Assembly (NCBI GenBank): GCA_012295275.1
Contig: CM022673.1
Span: forward strand, 29,884,001 to 29,948,000
Reading direction: 5' to 3'
DNA: 64,000 nucleotides
DNA from: Chrysomallon squamiferum
Lineage: Eukaryota > Animalia > Mollusca
Part shown: piece by piece, positions 26,201 through 40,772 of the stretch
Layout: every line of letters starts with the position of its first letter
Position numbering within the stretch: position 1 is the first letter of the stretch
Notes under the pieces: generated by a model
The model's database searches: none
The model's input: the letters and a program-made list of their open reading frames with translations, nothing else
Told to the model about the DNA's origin: nothing
Program-made: the position numbers and the translations under genes

Positions 26201-27805
26201 AAGCAAATAAAAAAAAATAAAAAAATAAAAACTCAGGGAAGTAAAAGTAGGGAATGAAGATTACCATGCTGAAGAAAACCTAATTGTTTTAACATGGGGC
26301 TGATAATGGAGATATCCAGTGAACAAGAGGAATATAAACATAAAGAAAGAGAGAGAGGAAAAAATAATAAAGTAAATACAAGAAAAAATAAGAAAGGTAA
26401 GGTCAAGGTTGTAAGAAATTGAATGCAAAGTGAAGACAACACACCTGTTATTTTGAAAGATAAATAGACATTTTTCTTTTCTTTCTTTCTGTATTTTTTT
26501 TATTTTTTTAAAGATAATTATTTTCCAAAATAAATATATAAATAAATAAAAATAATTAACATTTCAACCAAAGCAAAAACAAAAACGAAAAAAAAAAAAA
26601 AAAATTAATAAATAAATTAAAAAATTACCTTGGAAAAGGTAAAGTGATTAGATTAATTAAAAGAAAACATTCATACATAATAAAATAGAAAAAGAATTGT
26701 TATAAAAGATTAAATAATTATAGCTTTAAATTTTGTGTGGGTGTCAGTTTTTTCATGACTAGTCACAGAGAAAAACGTCAAAAGAGACAAAGAAACAAAA
26801 TGGAAGTAATAACACCACCATACACACTAAAAAAAAAAAAAAAAAAAAAAAAAAAATAAAAATAAATAAAATAAATAAATAAATAAATAAATAATAAGAA
26901 GAAAAAAACAAGAAAACAGCCACCCCAAATAATAACAACATTAAGAAGGAACAATAAAAAGAGATAAAATAAATGATGCCAAAAAATCTTAAGATAAAAA
27001 AAAAAGAAATTTTGGTGTGTTTGTAAGACACTGATAAAAGATTTCAAATGAGAGGATAAAAAATAGTTTGTGTGTATTATGTAAGCCATTTGTTTTGATT
27101 AATGAAATAAAGACCACTTTATATCCATCTTTAGATATAAATAAAGACAATGAATAACAAAATGAGAAAAATAAACAAAGTAAGACTTAGACACAATCAG
27201 AGAATGACAGTGGAATTCTGAAATGAAGCCACAAAGAAGGATGAAAGAGAGATATAGAAAAGAATATTTTTGAAAAGAATCAGAAATAAAATAGTGAGAG
27301 AGAGAGAAATTAAATAATAGATGAAGAAAGTGTTACAGCAAGACAGACACAGAGACAGAAATGAGACAAGAGAGAAGAAAGAAAGAAAGAGAGAAGAAAG
27401 AAAGAGAGAGAGAGAAGACCCCCCAAAAATTAAATACATTTTTTTTTTTATTGAATGATATTCCTTTTTTAGCTAGATTTGGAATTTCTGATTAATGTAA
27501 ACATTCTTGATGTCTGAAATTTAGAAACACAGTTTTATACTTTATTTTAGTTTCCCATTTTCACAAGCACATTCCTGATTTTGGCAACAATGCTTATACT
27601 AACAATTACAACCAACTTTCGAAGTGTAACATTTCACTTTTGTTGGCATGGTGAACACAAACTCAGTCTTTTCAGAATAATGAAACAAGACTCAGTCTAT
27701 GTAGTAATAAGGCAAAAAATAAATAGTGTTTTGGTAGGTGCTATCCATCAGCAAGGTCTGTTTTTTTTTGTTTTTTTTTCATTTGTATTAGAAACAATTG
27801 GTCAG

Positions 27806-27858
<53 letters not shown>

Positions 27859-28888
27859 CACACAGAAATAAAAGTATACAAAATGTTTTTTGTTTGTTTG
27901 TTTGCATCAGTATAGCAAAAATTTAACTAAATGGACATACAATAATAGATTAATAATGATAATATATAACCAAATGTATCTTCATGTCTGCAATTCAAAT
28001 AATGTAGAAAATGTCTGGTTATTTTTCAAAAGGAAATAGGTTGCTTAATATACTTTTATAAACAATAATATTAACTGCAAAATATAAAGGAAGAAAAAAA
28101 TAATTTAAGAAAAGTTAGGAAAACACCTGAAAGAAAATTAAGAATGTTGTTTTACACACACCATCTCAGACTGTAACATCTACCTTCTGCCATTAAAATG
28201 TTTGTGTTAGAGAAAGACACACCAGAGATTGGAGTTTACAAAATATTTTTACTGGTCTTAAATAAACAGGAGAGATCTAGAACCAAAAATGTAGGGAAGG
28301 TGGAGCTGAGTATTTATTGACAAAAACCATGCCAAGCCATTCTTCCTTCTGTCTGCCAGACTGTTTTGGAACACAGATATCTGTTTACAGGACAGAAGCT
28401 ACTGTTGACACTAGTCCATGTGCAATACATTGATTACTACACATGCCACAGGTTGCTTCATTTCTGGGTGGGTATAATGGGGTTCCAGATGGTTATGTAA
28501 AATAAACAAACTTCTGTAAGAGAATCAAGCATGTGGAGGTATTTTGTGGCTGTAGGCAGAAGACATAAGGCATAGTGAATAGACAGAGGAGATGGTTGAA
28601 AAGAAAGGTAAAGAAGAGAAAAATTAAAATTATAAACTTAAAGGATTCTTAAATTCTGGGTATACTGAAGTTGATACATCTTATATATCTTGGAGATTCA
28701 GTTTTTCTGCAAAAATCTAATAACATCAGTCTTTTAGAGAAAAATAGGGTTGAGTGATCCTCTGCAAATATTTTAGATAGGAGCAGCTGTTTAACTATGT
28801 TCTAAGAATGGTAAGTTAGCATTCAACAAAAACATTTACTTGTTAATGTCAGAAATTATTATATACTCTCACTTCCAAATATACACAT

Positions 28889-28958
<70 letters not shown>

Positions 28959-30696
28959 ATACAATAATAAACATATCAACACATTCAGTTAAGGAGATAG
29001 AAGCACAAACATATACAAACTATTTATCTTTCAAACACATTCATAACCATCCAGATATATATTACATCTATGTACTTCTTTGAAAAAACATACACTCACA
29101 TGAACAGACAGTGTAATGATATATAACATCTTGCTATAAACAAAATCAACTATTTACATGTGATGGAACCATCTGTCTACTGATGTGAAAAATCATAAGG
29201 CAACAAAAGTATTCCAAGAATAATAAATAATATCCACGAATATCTAGCTTTGTTTTTGAAAAGATTTCTCTACAAGATTTTAGAAGTAATTTTTTGTTCT
29301 TAAGTATGTGAAAGTGGGATGAACAAATACCCTACATGAATTTAGCATATTTTCACTTGAATATTGTTTTAGTTCAAAGAACCATTATTGACTGCTAGTA
29401 TAGTTTGTGAGGGTATAGTTTCCTTGTTTTCTCTTTTTTCTGATTTCAAAACAAAAAATATAAGAAAAAATAATTTAAAGATTACATTTATGCAATGATT
29501 TATTCTGTTCATGGTACTTCACATATCATTGTATTTTTTGTTTGTTTTTAACATTATCAGATAAAAGTAGGACTGGCCATGCTTCCTTACTGCAACTGTC
29601 ATACTTTTATTATTAGCAAAGACTGGTTATTAGTTACAGATAAAATAATTTACACAACAGTATGTATATATCACCAAGAACAATTAGACTTTAAGAAATT
29701 GCAGTATTACAAGCTGCAGCAACCACAGTCAAAAGATTAGGCTATACACAGGAGCAGCAGCAAGGTTTTGTAGAGTGAATAAAGATGTCAAAATGTGACA
29801 GGTTTTGGAAGGTTTCTGCTCTTCTGCTGTCAGAGTAATGTTTAGAAAAATAATCAGGTTACATTTTGATTACAGTAACAGACACATAACCTAAAGTTTT
29901 CAAACAGAATTGTCAGTGAGTAGCTATCATGCTGACTTTATGTGTTGTACATGCAATTAATGACACTGTCTTAAACTGTACCTGTGAACAGTTTTATTTG
30001 TCTCAGTGATCACAGGGTCAGCTGTATAACATCCTATTTTATTTCAGTGCTTGTAATTTGGTTTGCTAGCATTATTATTATAGTGCTGCTGCTATTATTA
30101 CACTTGCTACTGCTGTAAACTGCTGTTACTATTGCTGTAACTGTTTTACACATGAATTTTAAAATGTGAGGGGCAAAATTCCTTATTTCTAACATTTAAA
30201 ATAATTAAAAAAAGAAAAGAAAAAACCAGCAAAGTACTTGTTTATTAAGAGGGATTTTAAACGACGGAAATGAAAACTATTATGTTCTTTAAAATCTTTC
30301 TTTTAAAATTTATTCTTGCGATAATTCTGCCACCTTTGGTCTGCACATTAATAGAACTCACCGCCCAGTGTCTACACTGCATGACACGTTCTGTATAACA
30401 GTGTATTAATATGTTCTAATACTAACATTGTAACCTTTTGTATGACAACAACCAGTGAACTGGTAAAGACCAGATTTTGACAGTATTACAAAGTTCTAAT
30501 TATTAAACCTCGTTTTTTTTTCGTTTTTTTTTCTGGCAATGTATTACAGCTAAAACTTTAAAATGAACTGCAGATAAAGGTCAGATATTGGGGAGGGTTG
30601 GTCTTGCTGATTACCAAAATTATTATTATTATTGATTTAAGAATAGTAATTAAATAAATAAATAAAATACAACAACAACAAAGAAACAAACAGAGT

Positions 30697-30768
<72 letters not shown>

Positions 30769-33700
30769 AATAAATCTTGCTGAAAATTATTATTATTCTG
30801 TATTAAAAAAAAGGTAAACTAAAAAGTCTTAAAACAATTTAAACTCAACAGAAATTAGTAGAATTCTGTCTGCAATAATAAAAATTAAGGAGAGTTGCAG
30901 AACAGTGAAAATAATAACAGTAATGCAAAGATTTTAAACTGAAGATGCAACGTGAAAAATAGGTTTTTAATTATATATCACCTAACCTGATAAATAAAAA
31001 AAAAAAAAAAAAAATAATATATATATATGTATATGTATTAAAGTATAAACAGTTTATTAAAGGGCAGATCCATTTCAGAAAAAAAGGTGTAAAGCAAGCC
31101 TACCATGGCCACAATTGTGAATATCACTAGAAATTTTCTGTTGTACACAATGATTGCAAATATCATTGATAAAATTTAGACTAATCTTAAGGTATAACTC
31201 TTAAGGTTTTTCCTGTTATTCTAACTTGTAAGTTTTATCATCATGACCATAATTAAAGAAAATTAATAATAGACATAAACAGCCTACTTATGATCAGTAT
31301 GTTATTATGATAGCGTTCTTCAATGTTATAATGACCCTTGCAATTGCTACCAAGCCCCATCAGGCTCCAAATTTACATTTCTGATTGTATCACAGATTTC
31401 CACAAGAAATGCTCATAATTACTAGTGATAAATCAACCCAACAAACTAACAAAACAACAATACCTGAAATTCAAGTCGAATATTCTTAGCATCTTTGAAG
31501 TTTTTCCTTGCATAAGACTGCACAATGGCATCGAAGAATTGGTCTGGCCTGAGAAACACAGCTAAATTGTAGGACTCGACATTTTTCTCTAAGTAGGTTA
31601 AGAGACTCTTCATTCGCCTGGGAATCCTTTTCAACCAGGTTTTCAGACTGCTGCATGATGGGAAACTATTTTTTTGCCAGGCGTCTGGAACCCTGTCTTG
31701 ACAGATTGCATCCAGCATTTCCTTCAAAGGTGGGTTGAGGGAAACATCGCCTCTTGAACAACGAAGCAGAAGTTCGAGATCTGAATGCAGCAGGTGAAGC
31801 AGACGTCTGAATCCTGTGACTTCGTAGTGGAAGAACACATCCATTGGATCAATCTCATCACGACTGGTCATAGGCAAAGTGGGACAGTCTTCAAGGAGGC
31901 TCTGAAGCTGTGGGATCAGGTTGTCTGGGAGAGTGGTGGCTGAGGGTGGGTTGATCACATTCAACAGCAGTTCAGGTGCCCCAGCAACCTGCACCATGTC
32001 TTTGCATATGATTCTAAAGAATGAGACATTTTATTTTCAAAACAATAATAATTTAACTATTTGTGTTATCTTGTAAGCATCAAAATATTTATGTTTAAAA
32101 TAGATATATTATTAACAAATCAGCATTTACATGTTAACATATACATAGTTTTAGACTCACACATGTACACACACACACAAAAACAACAAAAAACAACAAA
32201 TTCATACAATATTGAAATTAAAACAAAATTATCATCTCTTAATTTATATTTAATTCTGAACATTGCTAACCGTTTACAATTTATAATAATGTTTATCATT
32301 TAAATGAATCATTTGTTGCAATTACATTATACTTTAAATGATTTTCAAATGTTTCACGCATACACATGAAAATAGTGAATACATTTCTTTCATTTACCTG
32401 CTTTTGTCAGCCACTAACTTTATTTCTGCTTGTTGTGGCAGAGAGAAAACCCGAGCTGATGTGTCTTCGATTGTGTTGAGAACTCTCTGCAAGCCTTTGT
32501 GTACTTTGTTAGCTTCCAGTAACTTCTCCAGTAACTGAGCAACTCCTTGTGGAGGCTGATCAACACTCTGAAAAAAGTAAAACATTTAACTCTCAAGTAA
32601 CTGTAAATGTCACATCTCTGGTATAAATAATATTTAATGTACAATGTGTTTAGGTGTAATGCAGCTGTAATAGAATATCTGGTATCTTGTAAAATATTTA
32701 TAATACTACAGTAATAACAAAGCAAACTAAACCAATACTCACATCCTCAGAAACAGAATAGTGAGCCAGCTGACAGATCAGTGAATGGACGATGCTGGAG
32801 TCAATGGTGTCCACACAGTGGTTAGAATAGACTTGAGCCATGAGGGTGCACAGCTGCTGAAAGTCGGAGTCATTTATTCGACGGAAGAGTTTCTTGTAGA
32901 TGTCCAGTGACATTGCCAGGTCAGTTAGTGTCCAGGTGTAGTGAGTGGTGAAGGCGTGCTTGCCGTAGTAGCTTTGATGTAACAGCAGCGAGTGGAAGAG
33001 AGCAATCGGCATCACTCGGCTCAGTCGTCTCTGTGACTGGAAAAACAAAATTAAAATCATTTTAATACTAAAAGTTCAAATCAAGATAAAAATAATTTTT
33101 TTGTTATAGTGAACATTTTATTTAACAGCACACTAACTGTGGAAAATATCATTAAGTTTGCATAGTATATCTCTATGTTATTATTAGTTTATAGTTCTAA
33201 CCTTTGCTAATAATTAATAAAAAGCTTAAGTATACTGCCATTTTATCTTTACTTACAAAGAAATGAAATATAAATAAAATTCTAAAAGACTATAAATTAT
33301 TGTAAAACTGTTCTATTAAATAACTCTAGCATTTTTTATATAATGTAACTATGAAGTGACATTTCAAAATATGGGAATATCAGATTTCATACATCCTTAC
33401 AAGTTTCTTACGTTACTGCTATATCATATGGTTAGCAAAGACTGATGTCATAAAACTAATTGATAAATCTTTAAGAATCATACAAACTGTCTTTATGTTG
33501 TTATTAATCTCAGCAAAGATACATTTTATAGAAATATCACTGACCTCTTGGTCACTGTCTTGTGCATTGTTTAAGAGGAATGCCACAGATCTGTATGATT
33601 TCTGAAGTGTTCCCTTGAAGTCTGCGGTTGCCTCACAGGTTACTCGCAGTCCATGTTGTATTAAAATGCCTGGAAAGGAAATGTAAAGATTTTGTTATTC

Positions 33701-36700
33701 TAGCTTTGACCTTTGTTAAGACAGAACTGAATCACAAAAAAAAGTGACTAAATCATATACATAACCATAAGTATGTATACGAACACACAGACACAGATTC
33801 ACTCATTCACAAAACACACAGATATATACATACTTACACAAAGACAATACACATGTTGATATGTAAATTTAATAAAGTGATTACTATCTGCAGGTAAGTA
33901 GCTATACCTGGAATACTTCGTTCTCCGTTAGAGCGTGTGGTAATCCACAGTCGAAACATGTCATGCATCTTGACATCCTGGGAACAAATAGACGGGTTAG
34001 AACGGCACATTAGACTCAACCCCTCATCAGTCAGGTTTGACTTTTCTCGCTGTCGCTCTTCTTCCTGCCATTTCTGGTTTATTATATCCTGGAAGTAACA
34101 AATAACTGACTGTAGATATCAATCAAAATTAGACATACCATTTTCTTCAAAAAGTGTAAGTACAGAGAAGTGGAGAGAGAGAGAGTAAGAGGAACAAAGA
34201 AACAGAAGACTGAGAATAGGGATGAAAAAGGAAGAAAAAAGCAATAAATAATTATACAGATAAGACTGAAATCAGTATAACAATTGATATTAAGTAAAAA
34301 TAAGCCTGTCATTTTCAAATAAGAGAAAACTAAGAATCTTACTTTAATATAAAATATTCAGAGCCTTACAATTATGTAGGTAGTTAATCATCTCACATAA
34401 AATCTCCTCCATTAAAACTAGTCAACATCAGTTCAAGTGTTAAACTGAAAATCCTTACCTTCAGAAGAGAAAAGAATTCGAAGTCTGTATTTTCAGCTAG
34501 GTGATAGTTCTTCAGTAGCAGCCAGTGTCCACTCTGCATGCAATCTGTTATAGCTTGTTTCATCTCCGCAACCTGACTCGCAACACCAAAATTCAAAATC
34601 CTGATCTTACCCTCCATACCAATCTCCTTTGCCAGCCGTTTTACTTCATGAGCAGGATTCACATAGGGATATCCTTGATAAAAATAAAATTAAACTTTGA
34701 TAATATTTATTCCACTGAGGGCTTTCAGCCATGCACCTAAAACTGAAATAATGTTTTTTAAAATAGGTATTAAGATCACATAACAAAGATATTACTTCTA
34801 TTGGCAGGGTCTGAATTATTAAACTAGTTCTACTGATTAGTGCCAGCAGCAGCAATGTATGAAAAACACTGCTAAGAATTGTGCATGTAAATGCGTAATG
34901 TTGTGGTAAAATTGGTTTCAAAACATAAAATTAAATGCTTACAAGAACAGTTCCATTCTGAGTACATTGATAATCATGGACATCACAATTATCATGAACC
35001 AATGCATTCCTGCTGACCCATACAAACACACCCACGACCACACCTGCCCACACGCACCCACACAAAACAATGGTAGATCATTGTAACACGTATCTAATTA
35101 AAAAAATAATCAATAAGTATCTCCTGATTTTTGCCTTATGAAAATATTTTGAATAAAAAAACAAAATCCTAAAGATTGTGCTAACCTTCTGTCCCCTCCC
35201 ACTCCACTTCTTTGGGTGTGGTTGGCAAAATGAATGTAGTTGGTGTGAACTGATTTGTGCAGTTGTAGACATCAAAGATGTTGTAGTGAGTGACAGGCTC
35301 CTCTATACTTCCCAGCTCAAATTTTGTCATAGCTTTAGACAGTTCAGCCATCTGAAATAATAACAGCATCAACAACAACATTGAAAACAACAACAGGAAG
35401 AAGAAAAACAATAAAAGTGTATAAATAATTCATTTATACACCAGTTATCACATTTCTTTTTAATGTTGTTACAAACCAGTTACTAAAAAACAGATAATCA
35501 CTAAGCTTTATCTTTTAAATTACAATATCTTTAAATATAATTTTAGTCAAATTGATGAACATTCACTACTTTGTATATTTGCATTCATTCACAAATCAAA
35601 ATCTTACGAATTTTAACTCACCCTATGAGGACAACAGAATTTCCACAACAAACATTTCTGAAAGAGAGAAAGTTCCTGGAGAGTTGATCCTGGAACTGGG
35701 TTCACCAGAGCAATAGGAGCCTAAAACAGAAAAAATGAAAAATAAAATAAATAGCATTAAGTTATTAGTGAAACTTTAGCAATTGTTTGTTTTAATAAGA
35801 AGATGAAATGTTGGGTGTTGAAGTCAGATATTAATGATTTGTCACCACAGCTAACCTATACTTTCCTAAATACTTAGAAGCATACGAAACATAACATTTT
35901 TCTTTATTTTTTAAATTAAAAAACCCCCCAAATCAAAAAAAACAACAAAAAAAAAAAAACAACATGATGGAACAGCAATACATTTTTTAAAAAGTCCTGT
36001 AAAAAAAAGACCAGTACTGCATAATTACTGCCTTAAATTACTAGAATCTTTTCCCTGGTTCCAGTTTGTATATTTCCTCTTAAATATCCCTGAGATTTGA
36101 AGGAAAGAAACAAAACATTAACCTTTCTCTTAAAATGATTAAATTTGCTGTACAAATTTTACCTCAAAATATTCATTCCACTGAAGACTGTTGTGAATGA
36201 GTGAGTTGCAGAGACCATGGAATGGATGATGCAGAGACTCCAGCACATTGCAGTCAATCCATGCCTGGCAGAAAATGAAATACATGTAAATAACTGAAGA
36301 AAACCACAGAGATATCAAGAATACTTTAAACTGGGTAATAAACTTTTATTATTTGTTTTTAAATTTAAAAAAAGAAGATAATTAAAGTGAAATGAATGTA
36401 TTAAGCAACATCCCAGCAATGACTGACTATTGATTCTATTTATTCAGTTATTTATACTCTTTGAAATATTAGACAAATTCACCACACAAGTTATGAGTAA
36501 CCAATTTATCTGTTCTGTTTCAGATATCTAGTTTTCATCACTCACTTTATCTGCCATCCAAGCTGGTTTGAGATTCAGCAGACTTTGTTCATCAAGCCCC
36601 ATCTTTTCAAAACCTGACACAAACAGACTGATTTCCTTCGATGATGCCTTGTGTGACCACTTCATCAGTTCCAGCGACACCAACAACAACAGCAAGTTGA

Positions 36701-39700
36701 AGTGCTGTTCAAACATCATCATTGACACATATTTGAAGATTGCTGACATTGTTGCATCAGCAAGTTCTTTAGCCCGCACTTGTGGAGCTCCTGAAGAAAA
36801 TATTAAAAAATATTATCATAGCAATCCATTCTTATAGATGTTTATTGAAACTGTCATAAAAGAAAGAAATTGAAAAGGGAAACAAAACAAAGTGAGACAT
36901 ATTCTTCATATTACAGAATTATTTTAAACTTTACAGATCTTACTTGGGATCTTTCAAATTCCAACCAGTGCCACTCAACTAACAAAAAAGTGCATGTAAA
37001 AGACTCCTGCTTCTTTTCAGTAAGACCAGCCCATAATTTTCATATTGTAATCACACCAAAAAACATTGACATCTAACAAGCATTAATAATTAAATATGTT
37101 CAGATATCAAAAGATAAATTTTAATTCTTTCATTCATTCTCTATCTATACATATATTGTCATATATTTACTATGTTCTGCATATAGTAACTACTGTCAAA
37201 AAGCTAATAAGCTAAAACCTCACCAAGACTGCCTTTCCCTCGATCTCTGCTTTTGAGAACTGATATAAAGATGCTAACAAACTTGTAGAATGGCACATAA
37301 TAAGAGGAATGAAGAACAAACATCTTTTTCAGAATGTTGTACAGCATGGTAGACTGGGTCATGATGGGCAGGTAGTGAGCAAACTTTCCCTCTAGATGGT
37401 CTCCCATGTATCTCGTCTCTTCCAGAATAATTCGGTTCTTCTCCACGTTTGACTGACATGCCAACAAAGATTCCAGCATTGTCTGATCTTCCAGAAGTGG
37501 GACATCCAAGTTGAGAGTTTTTTCACGAATTGCTTCCTAAATTAATAATAATAATAATTATACTGCTGATTAATTTATTGTGTGACTGTTTGATAATTTT
37601 TCAATTGATTAATTAATTATGATTTTTTAAATATGAAATTAATTATTTAATAGTGAAAATAATTTCTGCTACAAGATATAAAATCCTTGTTTTTTTGTGT
37701 ATACTTTAATATGTTTTGAGTGCAAGTATATTTGATATCACTTTGATTGAATCCATGTGTGTGTTTTTAATGGGGTGTTTTTTTTTTTAATATCCCAAAA
37801 TTAAAATCTCCAAATAATTTAATTTATAAAAAGACATTGCAAATAATAATAATAATAAAAAATAACACTACTAATTCCACTATGAACAGGATGATAATAA
37901 TAAACTAATGTTTAAGACACAAACATGTTCTCTGGCCAGTCTCTGTCTGTGCAGTATAATGTCATTCTCATTAGATCGTCTCTGACCCTCAAACTCTTTA
38001 CGTTCAAACTTCATTGTTTCAGAAAGAAGTCTGTTTATTATAGCTTCATCACTGAGTGCCATATTAATACAACACAAATGATGAACTGGAAAACTGTGAA
38101 GACCATCTCCTGATTTAATCAAATCAAATAGAATAATCTCAGATAAATAACAATTATGATAATAATGATGACACTAACAAAGTAAAAAAAGTATCAAACT
38201 GTAAATGCTGTTATCAAGAGAGATATTTACATGATCCATTTTTTTTATCACTTACTTATTTTACTTGCCTGGCAATAATAACTTTAGTAACTGAAGTGTT
38301 GCAGTTATAGTAAAAATAGTAAAGTATTGATAGTAATAGTCACAGTAACAGTTAAAGTAATAAGATAAAGAATATTAATAACTGTAGCAGCAGCTACATT
38401 AATAATAATAATGATGACGGAATAATAATAACACAACAAGAACAATGATAATGAGTACAAGGATAATACTAATACTACTACTAATAATAATAATAATAAC
38501 ACAACAAGAACAATGATAATGAGTATGAGGATAATAATAATAATGATAATAATAACAAAGTTGAACAGCAAAACCTTTTATAGATTAAATAACATTCCAT
38601 CTTTATCTCTCAGTAATCTGCATTATACAACAAACTAACCTTTGAGAAAGAGAGGCACTGTGGTACTAAGGTACAGACAGAAGTTGGGGTGATTCAAACT
38701 AACCTTTGAGAAAGAGAGGCACTGTGGTACTGAGGTACAGACAGAAGTTGGGGTGATTCAAACTAACCTTTGAGAAAGAGAGGCACTGTGGTACTAAGGT
38801 ACAGACAGAAGTTGAGGTGATACAAACTAACCTTTGAGAAAGAGAGGCACTGTGGTACTGAGGTACAGACAGAAGTTAGGGTGATACAAACTAACCTATG
38901 AGAAAGAGAGGCACTGTGGTACTGAGGTACAGACAGAAGTTGGGGTGATTCAAACTAACCTTTGAGAAAGAGAGGCACTGTGGTACTGAGGTACAGACAG
39001 AAGTTAGGGTGATACAAACTAACCTTTGAGAAAGAGAGGCACTGTGGTACTGAGGTACAGACAGAAGTTAGGGTGATACAAACTAACCTTTGAGAAAGAG
39101 AGGCACTGTGGTACTGAGGTACAGACAGAAGTTAGGGTGATACAAACTAACCTTTGAGAAAGAGAGGCACTGTGGTACTGAGGTACAGACAGAAGTTAGG
39201 GTGATACAAACTAACCTTTGAGAAAGAGAGAGGCACTGTGGTACTGAGGTACAGACACAGAGTTAGGGTGATACAAACTAACCTTTGAGAAAGAGAGGCA
39301 CTGTGGTACTGAGGTACAGACAGAAGTTAGGGTGATACAAACTAACCTTTGAGAAAGAGAGGCACTGTGGTACTGAGGTACAGACAGAAGTTGAGGTGAT
39401 ACAAACTAACCTTTGAGAAAGAGAGGCACTGTGGTACTGAGGTACAGACAGAAGTTAGGGTGATACAAACTAACCTTTGAGAAAGAGAGGCACTGTGGTA
39501 CTAAGGTACAGACAGAAGTTGGGGTGATACAAACTAACCTTTGAGAAAGAGAGGCACTGTGGTACTAAGGTACAGACAGAAGTTGGGGTGATACAAACTA
39601 ACCTTTGAGAAAGAGAGGCACTGTGGTACTAAGGTACAGACAGAAGTTGAGGTGATACAAACTAACCTTTGAGAAAGAGAGGCACTGTGGTACTAAGGTA

Positions 39701-40714
39701 CAGACAGAAGTTGAGGTGATACAAACTAACCTTTGAGAAAGAGAGGCACTGTGGTACTAAGGTACAGACAGAAGTTAGGGTGATACAAACTAACCTTTGA
39801 GAAAGAGAGGCACTGTGGTACTGAGGTACAGACAGAAGTTAGGGTGGTACTTGAAGATCATTCCTCCAACACGGATGGCTTTGTTACCATCTTTGTCAAC
39901 GTAGAAGTGTTTGAGAAGCAGGCCACGGAACAATGGGTCGAGGGGTTTCCTCTCTAGGTGAGTGACAAGAACTGTTACACCTAGTTAAAAAACAAGTATA
40001 TATAGACAAGTAGTTTAAATATTCTTATAAAATGAATGAATGCACAAACAATGAATAAATAAATAAATGGACATGAAAAAAAGTAAGAAGAAAACAAAAA
40101 AGTAACAGAAAAAAAAGATTTTTAATTAAAAAAATTTGAAAAAGAATAGATAAATATGTGATAGTATTTAGAAAAAATATAACAATAACAATAAAATGAT
40201 AATATATAAAGTAGATAACATATCTAAGTTAAAATTACTATAATCAGTTTGACTTATAGGAGATATAAAACAAAACTAAACAAAACAAAAATAAAATAAT
40301 TACACCTGTGAAATAATAATAAAAAATGATTTCAGATTGTTAATTCCTATTTAAAAGTATACATATATATGACAAAACTCTATTTTTATATATATATATT
40401 TTATTCTGTGAACTCTAAATTTAAAATGTTATTTGAACTATTATCATTTTTACCATGGACTACAGCATTAATTAGTCGACTCTTGAGACTTGGGTCATCA
40501 GCCTCAATGATCCACAGATTGGTGTCTGGATGTTCTATAGAGTTATCTGCCTGCAAACTGAAAGTCTCCCAGCTATTGGTTACTGAGGTAACAGGTCGCA
40601 TATCATCTGTTTCACCAGTTTGATTGGAATAATGATCTTGGCTAACAACAACAACAAAAAATAAATAAATAAATAATAAAATAAATAAAATAAATAAATA
40701 AATAAAATAAAATA

Positions 40715-40772
<58 letters not shown>

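Noticed and set aside
24840-27871. F/L/I/Y-rich ORFs of 70-100 aa that look like membrane proteins
   Set aside because: They are translations of poly-A/T, (AAT)n and (AG)n low-complexity tracts. The same applies to 38305-38571, 40580-40969 and 59395-59670.
28198-28500. Short + strand open frames in a GC-richer island, as a nested gene
   Set aside because: No recognisable domain and no consistent chain of phase-compatible exons; kept only as part of the giant-intron finding.
30460-30490. taatactgtca on the - strand matching the 5' half of miR-8/miR-200
   Set aside because: The 3' half does not match and no convincing precursor hairpin is visible.
38631-39794. Array as a translated coding repeat
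   Set aside because: 64 is not a multiple of 3, and an in-frame TAG follows the first donor immediately.
38631-39846. Regular array as a CRISPR locus
   Set aside because: There are no unique spacers or cas genes, the units are near-identical throughout, and they derive from a eukaryotic exon.
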